DNA from: a virus
Lineage: Duplodnaviria; Caudoviricetes
DNA length: 24,170 nucleotides
Direction: 5' to 3' (one strand)
Virus record (IMG/VR): IMGVR_UViG_3300035676_000047
Coordinates: 1-24,170 of that record
Below are positions 1 through 8,287 of the stretch, one piece after another. Position numbers and translations under genes: made by a program. Under the pieces are notes generated by a model. The model saw only the letters and a list, made by a program, of their open reading frames with translations, searched no databases and had not been told where the DNA came from. Within the stretch, counting starts at the first letter, position 1. Each line of letters begins with the position of its first letter.

Positions 1-71
1 GAAGACCGAGAATCGAACTCGGAACCCACAGTTTAGAAAACTGTTGCTCTATCCAGTTGAGCTATCTTCGC
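1..71 (-). tRNA. tRNA-Arg(UCU), 3' end cut off by the window edge
   Basis: Reverse complement GCGAAGA-TA-GCTCAACTGGATAGAGC-A-ACAGT-TTTCTAA-ACTGT-GGGTT-CCGAG-TTCGATT-CTCGG-TCTTC: D arm, 5-bp anticodon stem with 7-nt loop and central TCT, T arm with GTTCGA, acceptor stem starting to pair. Confidence 0.93.
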
Positions 72-79
72 GTTTTAAA

Positions 80-391
80 TTAATAAATACTAGTGACGAT
101 CTTGTTTTCTACAACTCTACGTTTGAAATCTTCCATCTCTGCCTTCTTTTTCACCTCTTCAGCTTCGCGCTGCTGGGCGATTACCAGATCCTTTTCCTTC
201 TGCAACTTCCGCATCTCGCGCTGGTATTTTTTATCTTTCTTTTCGTCGTAAGCCAGCGCCCTTTCAAACTCGGCCCGATACTTGTTTAAGATGAAGTTGT
301 ATGTCTTCATCGTTGAAGAGGCGGTGGCAGAAGGAGCATTGCCATCGTAAGAGTCAACGGAGCTTTGAGCAATGGGAGTACGCTCGTCCAT
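80..391 (-). CDS. hypothetical protein with charged coiled-coil C-terminal half
   Basis: 103 aa ATG ORF tiling with minus-strand neighbours; E/K/R-rich helix. Confidence 0.7.
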   Translation of the reverse strand: MDERTPIAQSSVDSYDGNAPSATASSTMKTYNFILNKYRAEFERALAYDEKKDKKYQREMRKLQKEKDLVIAQQREAEEVKKKAEMEDFKRRVVENKIVTSIY

Positions 392-412
392 TGTAAGAGT
401 TGTTAAGTTTTT

Positions 413-739
413 TCAACCAACGACCGTCTTGCCCTTGAAATAGTTCTCGCAGCGGAGCTTGAAGTGGTCGTAAACGGTCGTACCATCACGACGACGAACA
501 GAAAGCATAGAGAGCGGGATCGGGGCGATAGAACCCTTGAAAGAACGCTGGTAAGCGATCTCGACGCCGAGATTCGTATCGAATCGGTCGCCAGCAGTGA
601 AGTTACAGAGCGACCAGCCGATATAAATCATATCGGGGAAGGCGATGTTATGAGTCGCGGCGAATACTCCGATCCGCTGCTTCTTGTTGTCCAGCACGTA
701 AACGTGCATTCCGTCTTGATGGTGTAGTTCTTGGTTCAT
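413..739 (-). CDS. hypothetical phage protein
   Basis: 108 aa ORF downstream of a sigma70-like promoter; globular composition (IGWSLCN...DRFD...G.EIA). Confidence 0.75.
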   Translation of the reverse strand: MNQELHHQDGMHVYVLDNKKQRIGVFAATHNIAFPDMIYIGWSLCNFTAGDRFDTNLGVEIAYQRSFKGSIAPIPLSMLSVRRRDGTTVYDHFKLRCENYFKGKTVVG

Positions 740-763
740 TGTGGTTGTGGTGATTATGATACT

Positions 764-792
764 AAGGTACTAAATCTTGCTCTTCTCGTCAA
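764..792 (-). promoter_or_regulatory. sigma70-like promoter TTGACG-N17-TACCTT
   Basis: -35 at 787-792, -10 at 764-769, 17-nt spacer, upstream of ATG at 739; overlaps the end of the upstream CDS. Confidence 0.6.
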
Positions 793-1066
793 CACTTTTT
801 TGCAGATCGAGGTACTTTTTTTCCGCCATCGCAAGTCCTTGCGGGCCAGAGAAATGCCAACCCTTGCTGCCGAAATCTTCGTCCTTGGGCAAATATTCTG
901 CGGGGTCAACCTTGACGCCCTTGATCTCATAGCCGTCATGCCGCTGAACAAGCACAACTTCGTAACCACCGCACTTTGAATACATTGCGATTTTTTCTGT
1001 GCGCTTAATCAGCTTCATGGTCATGCCGTGATTTTTAAGTTCAGTGGGGAGCGGTTTAAAATTCAT
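770..1066 (-). CDS. hypothetical phage protein
   Basis: 98 aa ATG ORF, tiles with neighbours (EYLP.DEDFG..GW motif). Confidence 0.75.
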   Translation of the reverse strand: MNFKPLPTELKNHGMTMKLIKRTEKIAMYSKCGGYEVVLVQRHDGYEIKGVKVDPAEYLPKDEDFGSKGWHFSGPQGLAMAEKKYLDLQKSVDEKSKI

Positions 1067-1079
1067 TTTTAAAATTCCG

Positions 1080-1100
1080 GTGTAAAGTTAATAAATAATT
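1080..1100 (+). promoter_or_regulatory. putative phage late promoter (GTGTAA followed by an AT-rich tract)
   Basis: GTGTAA at 1080-1085; the same hexamer precedes all three plus-strand transcription units (also 2393, 14446). Confidence 0.45.
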
Positions 1101-1111
1101 TAAAAGATGCT

Positions 1112-1729
1112 ATGAAAGTCAAAAATGTACTAGCGTCAGTTATTTTGTTTTTAATTTTTGCATTAAACTCGCCTGTTTTGGCTCAATCAAAAGTTGTTTA
1201 TCGTCAGACGGATTATACGGTAAACGTTTCTGATTTAAATGCGATGGTTGTTTTTTCTGAAGGTAAATCTAAAAGCTTAAATGTTTATGTTGCGCCTTCT
1301 AGGGGCGGTTTCCCAGTCGGTGCGAAAATTAATTTTTTAGCTTTGACAGATGTTCCTATCAAACTATCAGCAAAAGATGATGCAACTTTGATTAGCCCAG
1401 AAAATTCTTTTATGGTTTCCTCCTACGGCTCTCAATGGAGCTTGACTCACTTAGGACGAAATATCTGGGTAGCGTCTGGAGACCTTTACAGTACAGAAAT
1501 AAACGCTTACTTGAATGAGGATATAACCCTAAGAGCAAACGTTGATGATAAGGCCACTGGGCCATTCACTTTCGTTTGGCGCAAGAACGGTAGGGTTATA
1601 TCTGGCGTTCAAAGCTCAACCTTGAAGCTTTTGAGCCTCAAGAGTTCAGATGCTGGACTTTACTCTGTTAGCGTTTCTAATTCTGCTGGCGTCGTTTCTA
1701 GCGAAACCATGCAGTTGATTGTCAGGTAA
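1112..1729 (+). CDS. secreted protein: signal peptide + phage fibre-like beta domain + Ig (I-set-like) domain
   Basis: N-terminus MKVKNVLASVILFLIFALNSPVLA|Q is a Sec-type signal; C-terminal GPFTFVWRKNG...STLKL...SDAGLYSVSVSNSAG is a typical Ig I-set signature. Confidence 0.8.
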   Translation: MKVKNVLASVILFLIFALNSPVLAQSKVVYRQTDYTVNVSDLNAMVVFSEGKSKSLNVYVAPSRGGFPVGAKINFLALTDVPIKLSAKDDATLISPENSFMVSSYGSQWSLTHLGRNIWVASGDLYSTEINAYLNEDITLRANVDDKATGPFTFVWRKNGRVISGVQSSTLKLLSLKSSDAGLYSVSVSNSAGVVSSETMQLIVR

Positions 1730-1945
1730 TTAAAAATTATCTTTTAATCTACCGTTGAAGCCTTTTGTGCAGCGGGGCATTCCATTTACTTTTAAAATGG
1801 CAGAAGACCATTTTAATTGAACGTAACAGTCGGCGCAAACATAACCAATGTCAACGTCCTGCCTACAAGCTTCTACTTCTGGGTTGAATTGATTCTCGCA
1901 GCACTGGCAAATAACGATTGTTGGGGCGTGAGCGTCTTCAGACAT
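1730..1945 (-). CDS. small zinc-finger-like protein (CxxC...CxxC)
   Basis: CQCC...VCADC motifs; start moved to ATG 1945, just after the upstream stop, to avoid overlap. Confidence 0.65.
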   Translation of the reverse strand: MSEDAHAPTIVICQCCENQFNPEVEACRQDVDIGYVCADCYVQLKWSSAILKVNGMPRCTKGFNGRLKDNF

Positions 1946-1946
1946 A

Positions 1947-2312
1947 TTACTCCCAAGTACGGTGTTTTTCTGCGATCCATTCACAGCCATCATATTCCAT
2001 CAATACCCAATCAACGTCGGCAGGAATTTCAACAATCTTCAATGCGATATCATACTGACTCATCTCTTCTAACGGCTTATGTAAGCCAAGTTCAACGATT
2101 GTTTCGATTAGAATTGGGTCATCTCTTGCAATGTCTCCGCAGGAAAAATACTCACTGTTAACAGTGAAATAATAACTTGACCCAAAAAAAGTATGGTCTC
2201 TTAGCTTCTTCTCGTAAGCGATCCCCTTCTTATTCAAGAAGCTTTCGATGGCTTCGTGAGGCAGAAAGAAACCCCCGTATTGACGGCTAATAGCGATCTT
2301 GCGCGTATTCAT
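1947..2312 (-). CDS. conserved phage hypothetical protein
   Basis: YGGF...RDDPILI..VELG...LKIVEIP.DVDW...EYDG.EWIAEKHRTW pattern, which I recognise as a widespread large-phage family of unknown function. Confidence 0.8.
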   Translation of the reverse strand: MNTRKIAISRQYGGFFLPHEAIESFLNKKGIAYEKKLRDHTFFGSSYYFTVNSEYFSCGDIARDDPILIETIVELGLHKPLEEMSQYDIALKIVEIPADVDWVLMEYDGCEWIAEKHRTWE

Positions 2313-2389
2313 TTGTTTTTGAAATAGTTAGGTTTGTTAAGTAGATAGTACAAAGCAAACACAAAGATAATCAAACTAATTCCTGACAT
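2309..2389 (-). CDS. 26-aa single-pass membrane peptide (not in ORF track)
   Basis: MSGISLIIFVFALYYLLNKPNYFKNK*; its TGA overlaps the ATG of 1947-2312 (ATGA) and it fills the intergenic gap. Confidence 0.55.
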   Translation of the reverse strand: MSGISLIIFVFALYYLLNKPNYFKNK

Positions 2390-2392
2390 TAT

Positions 2393-2406
2393 GTGTAAAA
2401 TAAAAT
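2393..2406 (+). promoter_or_regulatory. putative phage late promoter GTGTAA
   Basis: GTGTAAAATAAAAT immediately before ATG 2407. Confidence 0.45.
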
Positions 2407-2670
2407 ATGGAAAGTCCACGTTTACTCCAAGCCGAGATCCATAGTAATTTTAGCACCACCTCTGGTGATTGGGCGGCGTATAAAACAGAAATTACTGGAC
2501 TTTACTCTGCGACTGGTTACGCAGCGTCTGGTAATGCTACTTTCGGTGACTTCTCCGATCATCTAATCAGAGAGTTTAACGGCAAAATCGTAGAGCTTGG
2601 AATGCCCACTGGCTTACTAATCCAGCCCTACGATGCCGGTTATCGTTTAACAGGAATAGCTATTAGCTAG
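2407..2670 (+). CDS. hypothetical protein, possibly virion-associated
   Basis: 87 aa ORF filling a gap between minus-strand genes; TG/SG-rich like the tail proteins; GTGTAA upstream. Confidence 0.7.
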   Translation: MESPRLLQAEIHSNFSTTSGDWAAYKTEITGLYSATGYAASGNATFGDFSDHLIREFNGKIVELGMPTGLLIQPYDAGYRLTGIAIS

Positions 2671-2989
2671 CCTTTTCCGTCTTGTCCTTAACGTAAGCTG
2701 ACATAAGAACGCAGTAGTTGAGGATGTCTAGGATAGCATCCTCATAGGTCTCGTTCTTGACTGCCAGCTTGCCGTCAGCGGCGAAGGTAGAAAGGCGAGA
2801 AACCTTGTCTACGATTCGCACTAGGAACCCCTGCTCAACAGAGCAGACGCCCATTGACTCGACTCGCTGGAAGTTTGCAAAAGGACTGTCCCCCTTGCTC
2901 CCAGCATAGTCGTTATTCTTGGTCTTCATAATATCGAACGCCTTAGCGCACAGATGATTATGATGGGCGAACAGTTGGTCGCGTGTCAT
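2663..2989 (-). CDS. DUF1599 / nucleotide modification associated domain 1 (Nmad1), MazG-like helical fold
   Basis: KNNDYA...PFANF...G.LVRIVDKVSRL...ETYEDAILDILNYCVL matches the KNxDY / RxxDKxxR / EsxxDxxxDxxNY signature. Confidence 0.8.
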   Translation of the reverse strand: MTRDQLFAHHNHLCAKAFDIMKTKNNDYAGSKGDSPFANFQRVESMGVCSVEQGFLVRIVDKVSRLSTFAADGKLAVKNETYEDAILDILNYCVLMSAYVKDKTEKAS

Positions 2990-3001
2990 TTTTTAATCGA
3001 T

Positions 3002-3298
3002 TTAAATCAGCGCAGAGCGGAACTTTTTGACCGTCTGGTAGATGTTTTCGCCTTGAACGCTGGGCAGAATAGTACGGCTAATTGCGCCTTCTTGGACAGA
3101 GGCGTGAATCACAACCAGTGTCTCTTCTGTGCGGTCGCTCTCCTGCTTGAAGCAGTTGGCGACCCAAGCACCGACATTCTCAAAAGCGGCATCATAAAAA
3201 TTGATGCACTTGTCAAGAGAACCGTTTGTTTCAATAGACCAGACCTCAAACCAATGCTTGTTGGTTTCAAAGCCTTTTGTTAGAACTGCTGATTGCAT
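3002..3298 (-). CDS. hypothetical protein
   Basis: Start moved from 3430 to ATG 3298 (MQSAVLTKG), 1 nt after the upstream stop. Confidence 0.65.
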   Translation of the reverse strand: MQSAVLTKGFETNKHWFEVWSIETNGSLDKCINFYDAAFENVGAWVANCFKQESDRTEETLVVIHASVQEGAISRTILPSVQGENIYQTVKKFRSALI

Positions 3299-3299
3299 A

Positions 3300-3566
3300 T
3301 TAGTTGTTTGTGTTTCCTGCGGTGTAAAGCTGCTTTGCGCGAGTAAGCATAAAATCGTGGATAAAGTGGCGAGTCTGGCTGTCCAGCAGACGCCCGTTCT
3401 CTTGAGGCAAGGTCTTAACGACCTCCTCAAAGTTTAGGTCAAAAGCAAGGCAAAGAGCCTTGATCTTGCGATAAACCCCGATCTCTCGGTACTTGAGGAG
3501 CGCAAAGGCAACATCAAGTTCAGTTTCGTTAGCATTGCTGAGTTTAGCAGTTAGTGGATTATTCAT
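3300..3566 (-). CDS. hypothetical protein
   Basis: 88 aa ATG ORF directly downstream of rIIB. Confidence 0.7.
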   Translation of the reverse strand: MNNPLTAKLSNANETELDVAFALLKYREIGVYRKIKALCLAFDLNFEEVVKTLPQENGRLLDSQTRHFIHDFMLTRAKQLYTAGNTNN

Positions 3567-3572
3567 GGCTGA

Positions 3573-4685
3573 TCAAAAATTGGTTTCGCGTCCGGTGATG
3601 AAATACTGGGAGATTGGAAGAGCGCCGTGTTCGTCAGAGCATTCAAAGATGTAGTCGTCGTCACGGAGGATATGGAAAATCTGCTCACAAGACAGATCGT
3701 AATCCTTCATGCGGCTTTGGATCTGCTTGACGGTGGGATAGTGACCATTGTCCTCGAAAAAGTTTTCGACATAATTACGCATCTTGAGGAGAAGAACGTT
3801 GGTGGGAACTTCGTCGCAGAAATCGCAGTTGTCTGGATTGTCGCAGAAGTCGCAGTCGCTTGAAGAATCCTTGATGGTAGGATCGATGCTATCAGTATCC
3901 TCGCCGTCGTTATAAACCGCGCTGGGAATCTCCTTGCGCTCAGGAGTGATATCAGAAATCACCTTGTACTTGGAGACGCGCAGCTTCTGGAAGCTGCAAT
4001 CGGTCGGCACGCTAACAGCATCAGCGGGGTCAACCTCAACCACAAGGAGACGCCCATTGTTACCAGCCCAATTATTGGCGTAGTCGTAGCTGCCAACGTG
4101 CAGACCAAAAGAACAGTGATTATCCTTGTTGTCATCAACAGAACGGCGGGCGATTTCAATGGTCTCGCCAACGCCATTGTAGATGGCACCGTTATCAGTA
4201 GTCTTGCCACTGATAACGAGCGTCTCCTTGTTACCCTGCTTGGAATAAAAATCATTATCAACTCCCTTATAGGCCAAGAACTTTCCATCAGCGGTGATGG
4301 GCAGGCTCTTGTAGGACAAGAAGGAATAGAGTTCGTTAACGGAGTTGGCAGAAGGATTCGCCATCAGACGATCAATAAAATTAATCAAGCTCTGAACGTC
4401 CTTTGCTCCCTGTGAGAGCATAGCCAAGAGCTTCTCGACAACCACACCGTGAAGCTGATGGTTCTTGTAAAAGACCTCGCCGTTCTTTACGGTAAGGTTG
4501 CCAAAGCTGGCGTTCTGGATTCTGCTGGTAACGGAGACCAGCGAAGGAATCGCATCATAATCCGCATTCAAAATCGCCTTACGAAGATCGGCAAAATTGA
4601 TGTGCGTATTGTTGATCGTATGAGGCTTCCCATCAACGAAGACCGTGATGGAATTGTCCTGCATGATGTAGGCGGGCTTGTTCAT
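3573..4685 (-). CDS. rIIB: rIIB-like protein
   Basis: LMANPS..SVNELYSFL....LPITADGKFLAYKGV...VDDNKDNHCSFGLHVGSYDYA...VEVDPADAVSVPTD...KLRVSKYKV are rIIB motifs; lies next to rIIA. Confidence 0.92.
   Translation of the reverse strand: MNKPAYIMQDNSITVFVDGKPHTINNTHINFADLRKAILNADYDAIPSLVSVTSRIQNASFGNLTVKNGEVFYKNHQLHGVVVEKLLAMLSQGAKDVQSLINFIDRLMANPSANSVNELYSFLSYKSLPITADGKFLAYKGVDNDFYSKQGNKETLVISGKTTDNGAIYNGVGETIEIARRSVDDNKDNHCSFGLHVGSYDYANNWAGNNGRLLVVEVDPADAVSVPTDCSFQKLRVSKYKVISDITPERKEIPSAVYNDGEDTDSIDPTIKDSSSDCDFCDNPDNCDFCDEVPTNVLLLKMRNYVENFFEDNGHYPTVKQIQSRMKDYDLSCEQIFHILRDDDYIFECSDEHGALPISQYFITGRETNF
3813..3856. repeat. 17-bp direct repeat (1 mismatch, 27-nt period) encoding CDFCD twice in rIIB
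   Basis: gtcgcagaaatcgcagt (3813-3829) and gtcgcagaagtcgcagt (3840-3856). Confidence 0.7.
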
Positions 4686-4716
4686 GTTATTTATGATTAT
4701 TTACGGTTGAGGTTTA

Positions 4717-6768
4717 TCAAGAATTATTGTCGATAAAATTAATGTAGTCGATTACCTTGTCCATAGTGACTTGATCAGCGTAGCCGTATCGGCCATTAAT
4801 GACGATGTTAAGGAGAGGGTACTTGGCGTCGATCTGAGCCATTGCCTCGGTAGCTTCCTTGGTGAAATCAAACTTTTCAGCAGGATTGAACCAGAAGCTT
4901 CCAATCTGTTCGATCAGTCTGGCGCAGTCAGCTTGTGCGTTTGAACTGTCGTTTTTTAAAGTCATGTTCGACGCATACTTGCAAACAATGTTGTCTTTCG
5001 GAAGCTTGCCAGAATCTGCAAGCGCAATGAACGGAGTCCGATAAGAGCACAAGCTGAGATAAGCTCTCTTCTTCGCGTAGAGGGACAACTCGGCGTTGAT
5101 CTCTTGCATTTTCTTTTCGCAAGCAGCGAGGAAAAGAGCAGAAAGATTTTTGGCATTGCTGGGCAGAGAAGAGTCGTCAATCACGCCGTAAATCTTGTCA
5201 ACTCCGGCAACGCCAACTGCTTCGCAAGCACTGAAAACCTTGTAGACCTCAAACTTTTCAACTTCACTCTGGATTCCAAACTTAGCCGTACCCTTATTAG
5301 AGCGGCCTCCGGTGCTAGGCACAGAGATTTTAATGTAATAAAAATCAGTGTCAGGGGCGCCAATCTTGTTGTAGAAGTCAATGTAATGGGTATCCTTTTG
5401 GGAAAGCAGGCGAACATTACCAGCCTTCTGCTTCTTTTCCTTGGTAAAAGCCTCTACCTTGGAGGTATAAAAAACCTTGTCAGAAGAGAAAGTATCGACA
5501 AAGAAATGCTCCGTCGCAGTTTCCTTGCTGACAACAACAACGGATTGAGTCTTATTCTCGCGGAGAATAGTCTCAGCCTTTTGCGTTAAGCTACCCTTAT
5601 CGCCTTCGTCAACCAGAAGGGCATAGTCACTCGATCCAAAACCAATAGGCTGGACACGAAAAGAACTCTTCTTATGCGGCCTAATGTTCTTATTCCTGTT
5701 CAGAGCGTAAGCCTTGTAGGAATCGTCGGGCAAAGAGAACGAGTGAACAGCCTTGCGATTTTTATTGAAATAAAAAGCGTGGTCGGAGAGAATCCTAGTA
5801 AGCCTGTGCTTCATCACAGAAGACAGCTTATTCATAAAGCCCAACCCATCAGAAAAAGAATCAAGCTCTTTCTGAACAGAAGCTGCGAGTTCGCTGATAA
5901 AAAGGTTGATGCGAGCAGTAATGAACTTCTTGCAGTGCTCGGTATACTCAAGCGACTCTCTGGAGTGGTGCAGGGGAACAGAACCAACCGGAGCGAAAAG
6001 AACCAGTCCAACGGTATAAGACCAGTCTTTGAGCATAGGGTGATCCAACGCAATGCAAGCGTCGATCTTGATGGGATAAGCAATACCACCCATCACAATG
6101 AAATTCTCTGTAAGGCTCGACACGCCCCACTTATCATTCTTAATCAGCCATTCAATTTTGTTAACCTGTAGATTAACAGAGTATGAACTGCGGTCTTGAA
6201 AGCGCAAGATGCTGTTGAGCGCAGTTTGAAAAGAATTAATATCATCAGACTTAACCGCAACATTGATCTCCAAGCCAGAGGGCTCGTTAGACTTGCAGTG
6301 ATTCAGCATCGAAAACCGAGTGTCGCCGTGCTCGTCAACGTAAACCATCACGGTCAAAGCCTCACCGCCGTGATAAGAGATAACCGTAAAAGAATCGGTG
6401 TAAGACAGGGGCGCAAAGCGACCGATACCAAACCCGCCAATGCAAGCGTTGTCAGAACGCTTGGTCGAGCGACCATACTTGGTGTAGAGACCAAAGAGGT
6501 CAGCTTCAGAGAGGCCAGCCCCAAAGTCGCGGGCCTTGAAGACAGGCTCAACCTTGGTCGGGCACTGAATGGAGATGGGCTGCGAAGAGCCGCGATTCGC
6601 ATCGAGTGCGTTGGCGACGATCTCACGAACCGTAGCGAGAATCGGCTCGGAATAGTTGTTCCGCAGGAGAGAGGAGACGTACCTCATCTCCTGCTGGTCA
6701 ATGGTAGCGATTTCGCTACGGAAGTCGTGAGACTCGACGACGTTCTTTTGGATGGATTTGACAATCAT
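4717..6768 (-). CDS. rIIA: rIIA-like protein with N-terminal GHKL (HATPase_c) domain
   Basis: YSEPILATVREIVANALDA, RDFGAGLS, YGRSTKR, IGGFGIG, SRESLEY motifs; start set at ATG 6768 because GTG 6801 lies inside the promoter. Confidence 0.92.
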   Translation of the reverse strand: MIVKSIQKNVVESHDFRSEIATIDQQEMRYVSSLLRNNYSEPILATVREIVANALDANRGSSQPISIQCPTKVEPVFKARDFGAGLSEADLFGLYTKYGRSTKRSDNACIGGFGIGRFAPLSYTDSFTVISYHGGEALTVMVYVDEHGDTRFSMLNHCKSNEPSGLEINVAVKSDDINSFQTALNSILRFQDRSSYSVNLQVNKIEWLIKNDKWGVSSLTENFIVMGGIAYPIKIDACIALDHPMLKDWSYTVGLVLFAPVGSVPLHHSRESLEYTEHCKKFITARINLFISELAASVQKELDSFSDGLGFMNKLSSVMKHRLTRILSDHAFYFNKNRKAVHSFSLPDDSYKAYALNRNKNIRPHKKSSFRVQPIGFGSSDYALLVDEGDKGSLTQKAETILRENKTQSVVVVSKETATEHFFVDTFSSDKVFYTSKVEAFTKEKKQKAGNVRLLSQKDTHYIDFYNKIGAPDTDFYYIKISVPSTGGRSNKGTAKFGIQSEVEKFEVYKVFSACEAVGVAGVDKIYGVIDDSSLPSNAKNLSALFLAACEKKMQEINAELSLYAKKRAYLSLCSYRTPFIALADSGKLPKDNIVCKYASNMTLKNDSSNAQADCARLIEQIGSFWFNPAEKFDFTKEATEAMAQIDAKYPLLNIVINGRYGYADQVTMDKVIDYINFIDNNS

Positions 6769-6791
6769 TGGAGCAATTTGATTACGCCCAT

Positions 6792-6820
6792 AATATGCCA
6801 CAGGGCAGGGGCTTCGTCAA
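6792..6820 (-). promoter_or_regulatory. sigma70-like promoter TTGACG-N17-CATATT with extended -10 TG
   Basis: -35 at 6815-6820 (contains the upstream gene's TGA stop), -10 at 6792-6797. Confidence 0.6.
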
Positions 6821-7053
6821 GAGGTTTTCTTAACTTTTTCTGAAGAAAATTCCAGAATCTTCTCTTCCAGCCACTTGCGCTCAGTTTCTGACAGCACTTC
6901 GACCGCCAGAATGAAATCGTCCTTGAACGATGCGTTCGTAATTCTGAACTCCGCTTGGTATTTAAAATTCTTTAAAAATTCAGCGTTGAGAGTATTGTAG
7001 AGAGCGTATACCTCTTGGACGCTCTTTGAAGAAAATACGGGATGGAATTTCAT
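6817..7053 (-). CDS. hypothetical protein
   Basis: 78 aa ATG ORF tiling with neighbours. Confidence 0.7.
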   Translation of the reverse strand: MKFHPVFSSKSVQEVYALYNTLNAEFLKNFKYQAEFRITNASFKDDFILAVEVLSETERKWLEEKILEFSSEKVKKTS

Positions 7054-7068
7054 TTTTATGAAATAAAA

Positions 7069-7425
7069 TTAATCTGAGATGATTTTTAGGAGATCGCTCT
7101 TGTTCTCTAAGTGATACCAGACCTTGCCATTAGCCATAATCTCTTCGTCAGAGAAGCCTTCTTGCACAAGGTGGTTAATCATTTTCTCGTTCAAGATAAG
7201 AAATTCTACTTTTCTGTTTCTGAAATTTGGAATGATCGACGCAGAAATCTGTGGAGTCGTTATCGTGTAACCGATAATCTTTTCGTCTTCAGTTTCGTTT
7301 TCGATTTCAACTGGGCCGCTAGTAAAGCGCAGATTCTTTTTGGACAAAGTTTCTTCGACTTCGTTTTTAACTGTTATTAATTGGCTTTGCAGCTTGGAGG
7401 TTGCGGAGGATTTGATAGATGGCAT
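7069..7425 (-). CDS. hypothetical protein
   Basis: 118 aa ORF; overlaps the uvsE 3' end by 59 nt, so the start is uncertain. Confidence 0.65.
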   Translation of the reverse strand: MPSIKSSATSKLQSQLITVKNEVEETLSKKNLRFTSGPVEIENETEDEKIIGYTITTPQISASIIPNFRNRKVEFLILNEKMINHLVQEGFSDEEIMANGKVWYHLENKSDLLKIISD

Positions 7426-8287
7426 AGTCTTTGTTTTTGAGTTCTACATCGAAAAATACAGAGCGACCGTAAGAGTTAGGGACGCTAGAAGGCATGAGAG
7501 CGTGCTTACGAGTATTGTCAATACCTTCTGAGTAATGAAAAAGAGGAACTGTGGGCCAAGTAGAGTAGGCAAGGTCAAAGTCGGCGCGGTCATCGTTGCC
7601 GTGATTGCAGAACTGACGGTGCAGAGAATCGTAAGTGATTGGAATGCCTGCGGTCAGAAAGAAATATTTGTGAAGGTTAGAGACGGACCAAGTGCCGTTA
7701 ACGTTGTCGTTGACCTCTAGCACAAGGCGAGAACGAACGTTGCTGGGCAGGCGATTGAAGTTGGAAAGGAAACGCTGCGAAACCTCGGCAGGATCGCCGT
7801 CTTGACGGCAGTGAATGTTGAGGGGAGAGCGGTAGTCGTTGGGCAAGTCGAGCAAGTCGAACAGGTCAGCGTGTGAGGCAAGGTCAGTAATGCTGTTGTT
7901 GACTGCGGCAGCATCGTTGCTGGTCAAGGTGATATACTCTGAAGGGTGAGCAGAGATACGAACGCCGGTAAGCTTGATGGTCCGAGAGATGGCATCAAGA
8001 GCGGCGCGAAGCTCAGACCAGTTGGGTAAATCTTGCAGACGCAAGTTAACGTCAGGATGGTCGATGACAGGGGTAAGAGAGGAGGACAAGCGGTAGCCAG
8101 CAATACCGCAATTGGCGCAGTATTGGATAGTGGCATTGGTAACAATAAAATTGTTGAGGATGCGTTCGCTGAGAATGCGAATAGCGTCGGCGCGAGGCAG
8201 CGCAAGGAAACGAGTCAGAGTCATGGTCTGAAACTTGATTCCGCGCTCGGCAAGAACGTTAGAGATGCAGCAAAGAGCTAGATTCAT
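7367..8287 (-). CDS. uvsE: UV DNA damage endonuclease (UvsE/UvdE family)
   Basis: LCC N-terminus, YRLSS, RISAHP, LNIH, RLVLE, IPITYD, STW..VPLFHYSE, RKHA, DVELKNKD.AI motifs. Confidence 0.92.
   Translation of the reverse strand: MNLALCCISNVLAERGIKFQTMTLTRFLALPRADAIRILSERILNNFIVTNATIQYCANCGIAGYRLSSSLTPVIDHPDVNLRLQDLPNWSELRAALDAISRTIKLTGVRISAHPSEYITLTSNDAAAVNNSITDLASHADLFDLLDLPNDYRSPLNIHCRQDGDPAEVSQRFLSNFNRLPSNVRSRLVLEVNDNVNGTWSVSNLHKYFFLTAGIPITYDSLHRQFCNHGNDDRADFDLAYSTWPTVPLFHYSEGIDNTRKHALMPSSVPNSYGRSVFFDVELKNKDYAIYQILRNLQAAKPINNS

Noticed and set aside
1-71. Amber suppressor tRNA (CTA occurs in the anticodon loop)
   Set aside because: The 5-bp stem ACAGT/ACTGT sets the loop as TTTCTAA with TCT central, so it is Arg.
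3191-3216. Internal promoter TTGACA...TATGAT on the minus strand
   Set aside because: The spacer is only 14 nt and it lies mid-CDS.
3813-3856. CRISPR-like repeat
   Set aside because: Only two 17-bp copies 10 nt apart, in frame within rIIB; no array or cas genes.
6769-6801. Longer N-termini given in the ORF track (rIIA 6801; likewise 3430, 9783, 1993)
   Set aside because: They use non-preferred starts that overlap promoters or upstream genes; downstream ATGs fit the gene tiling better.
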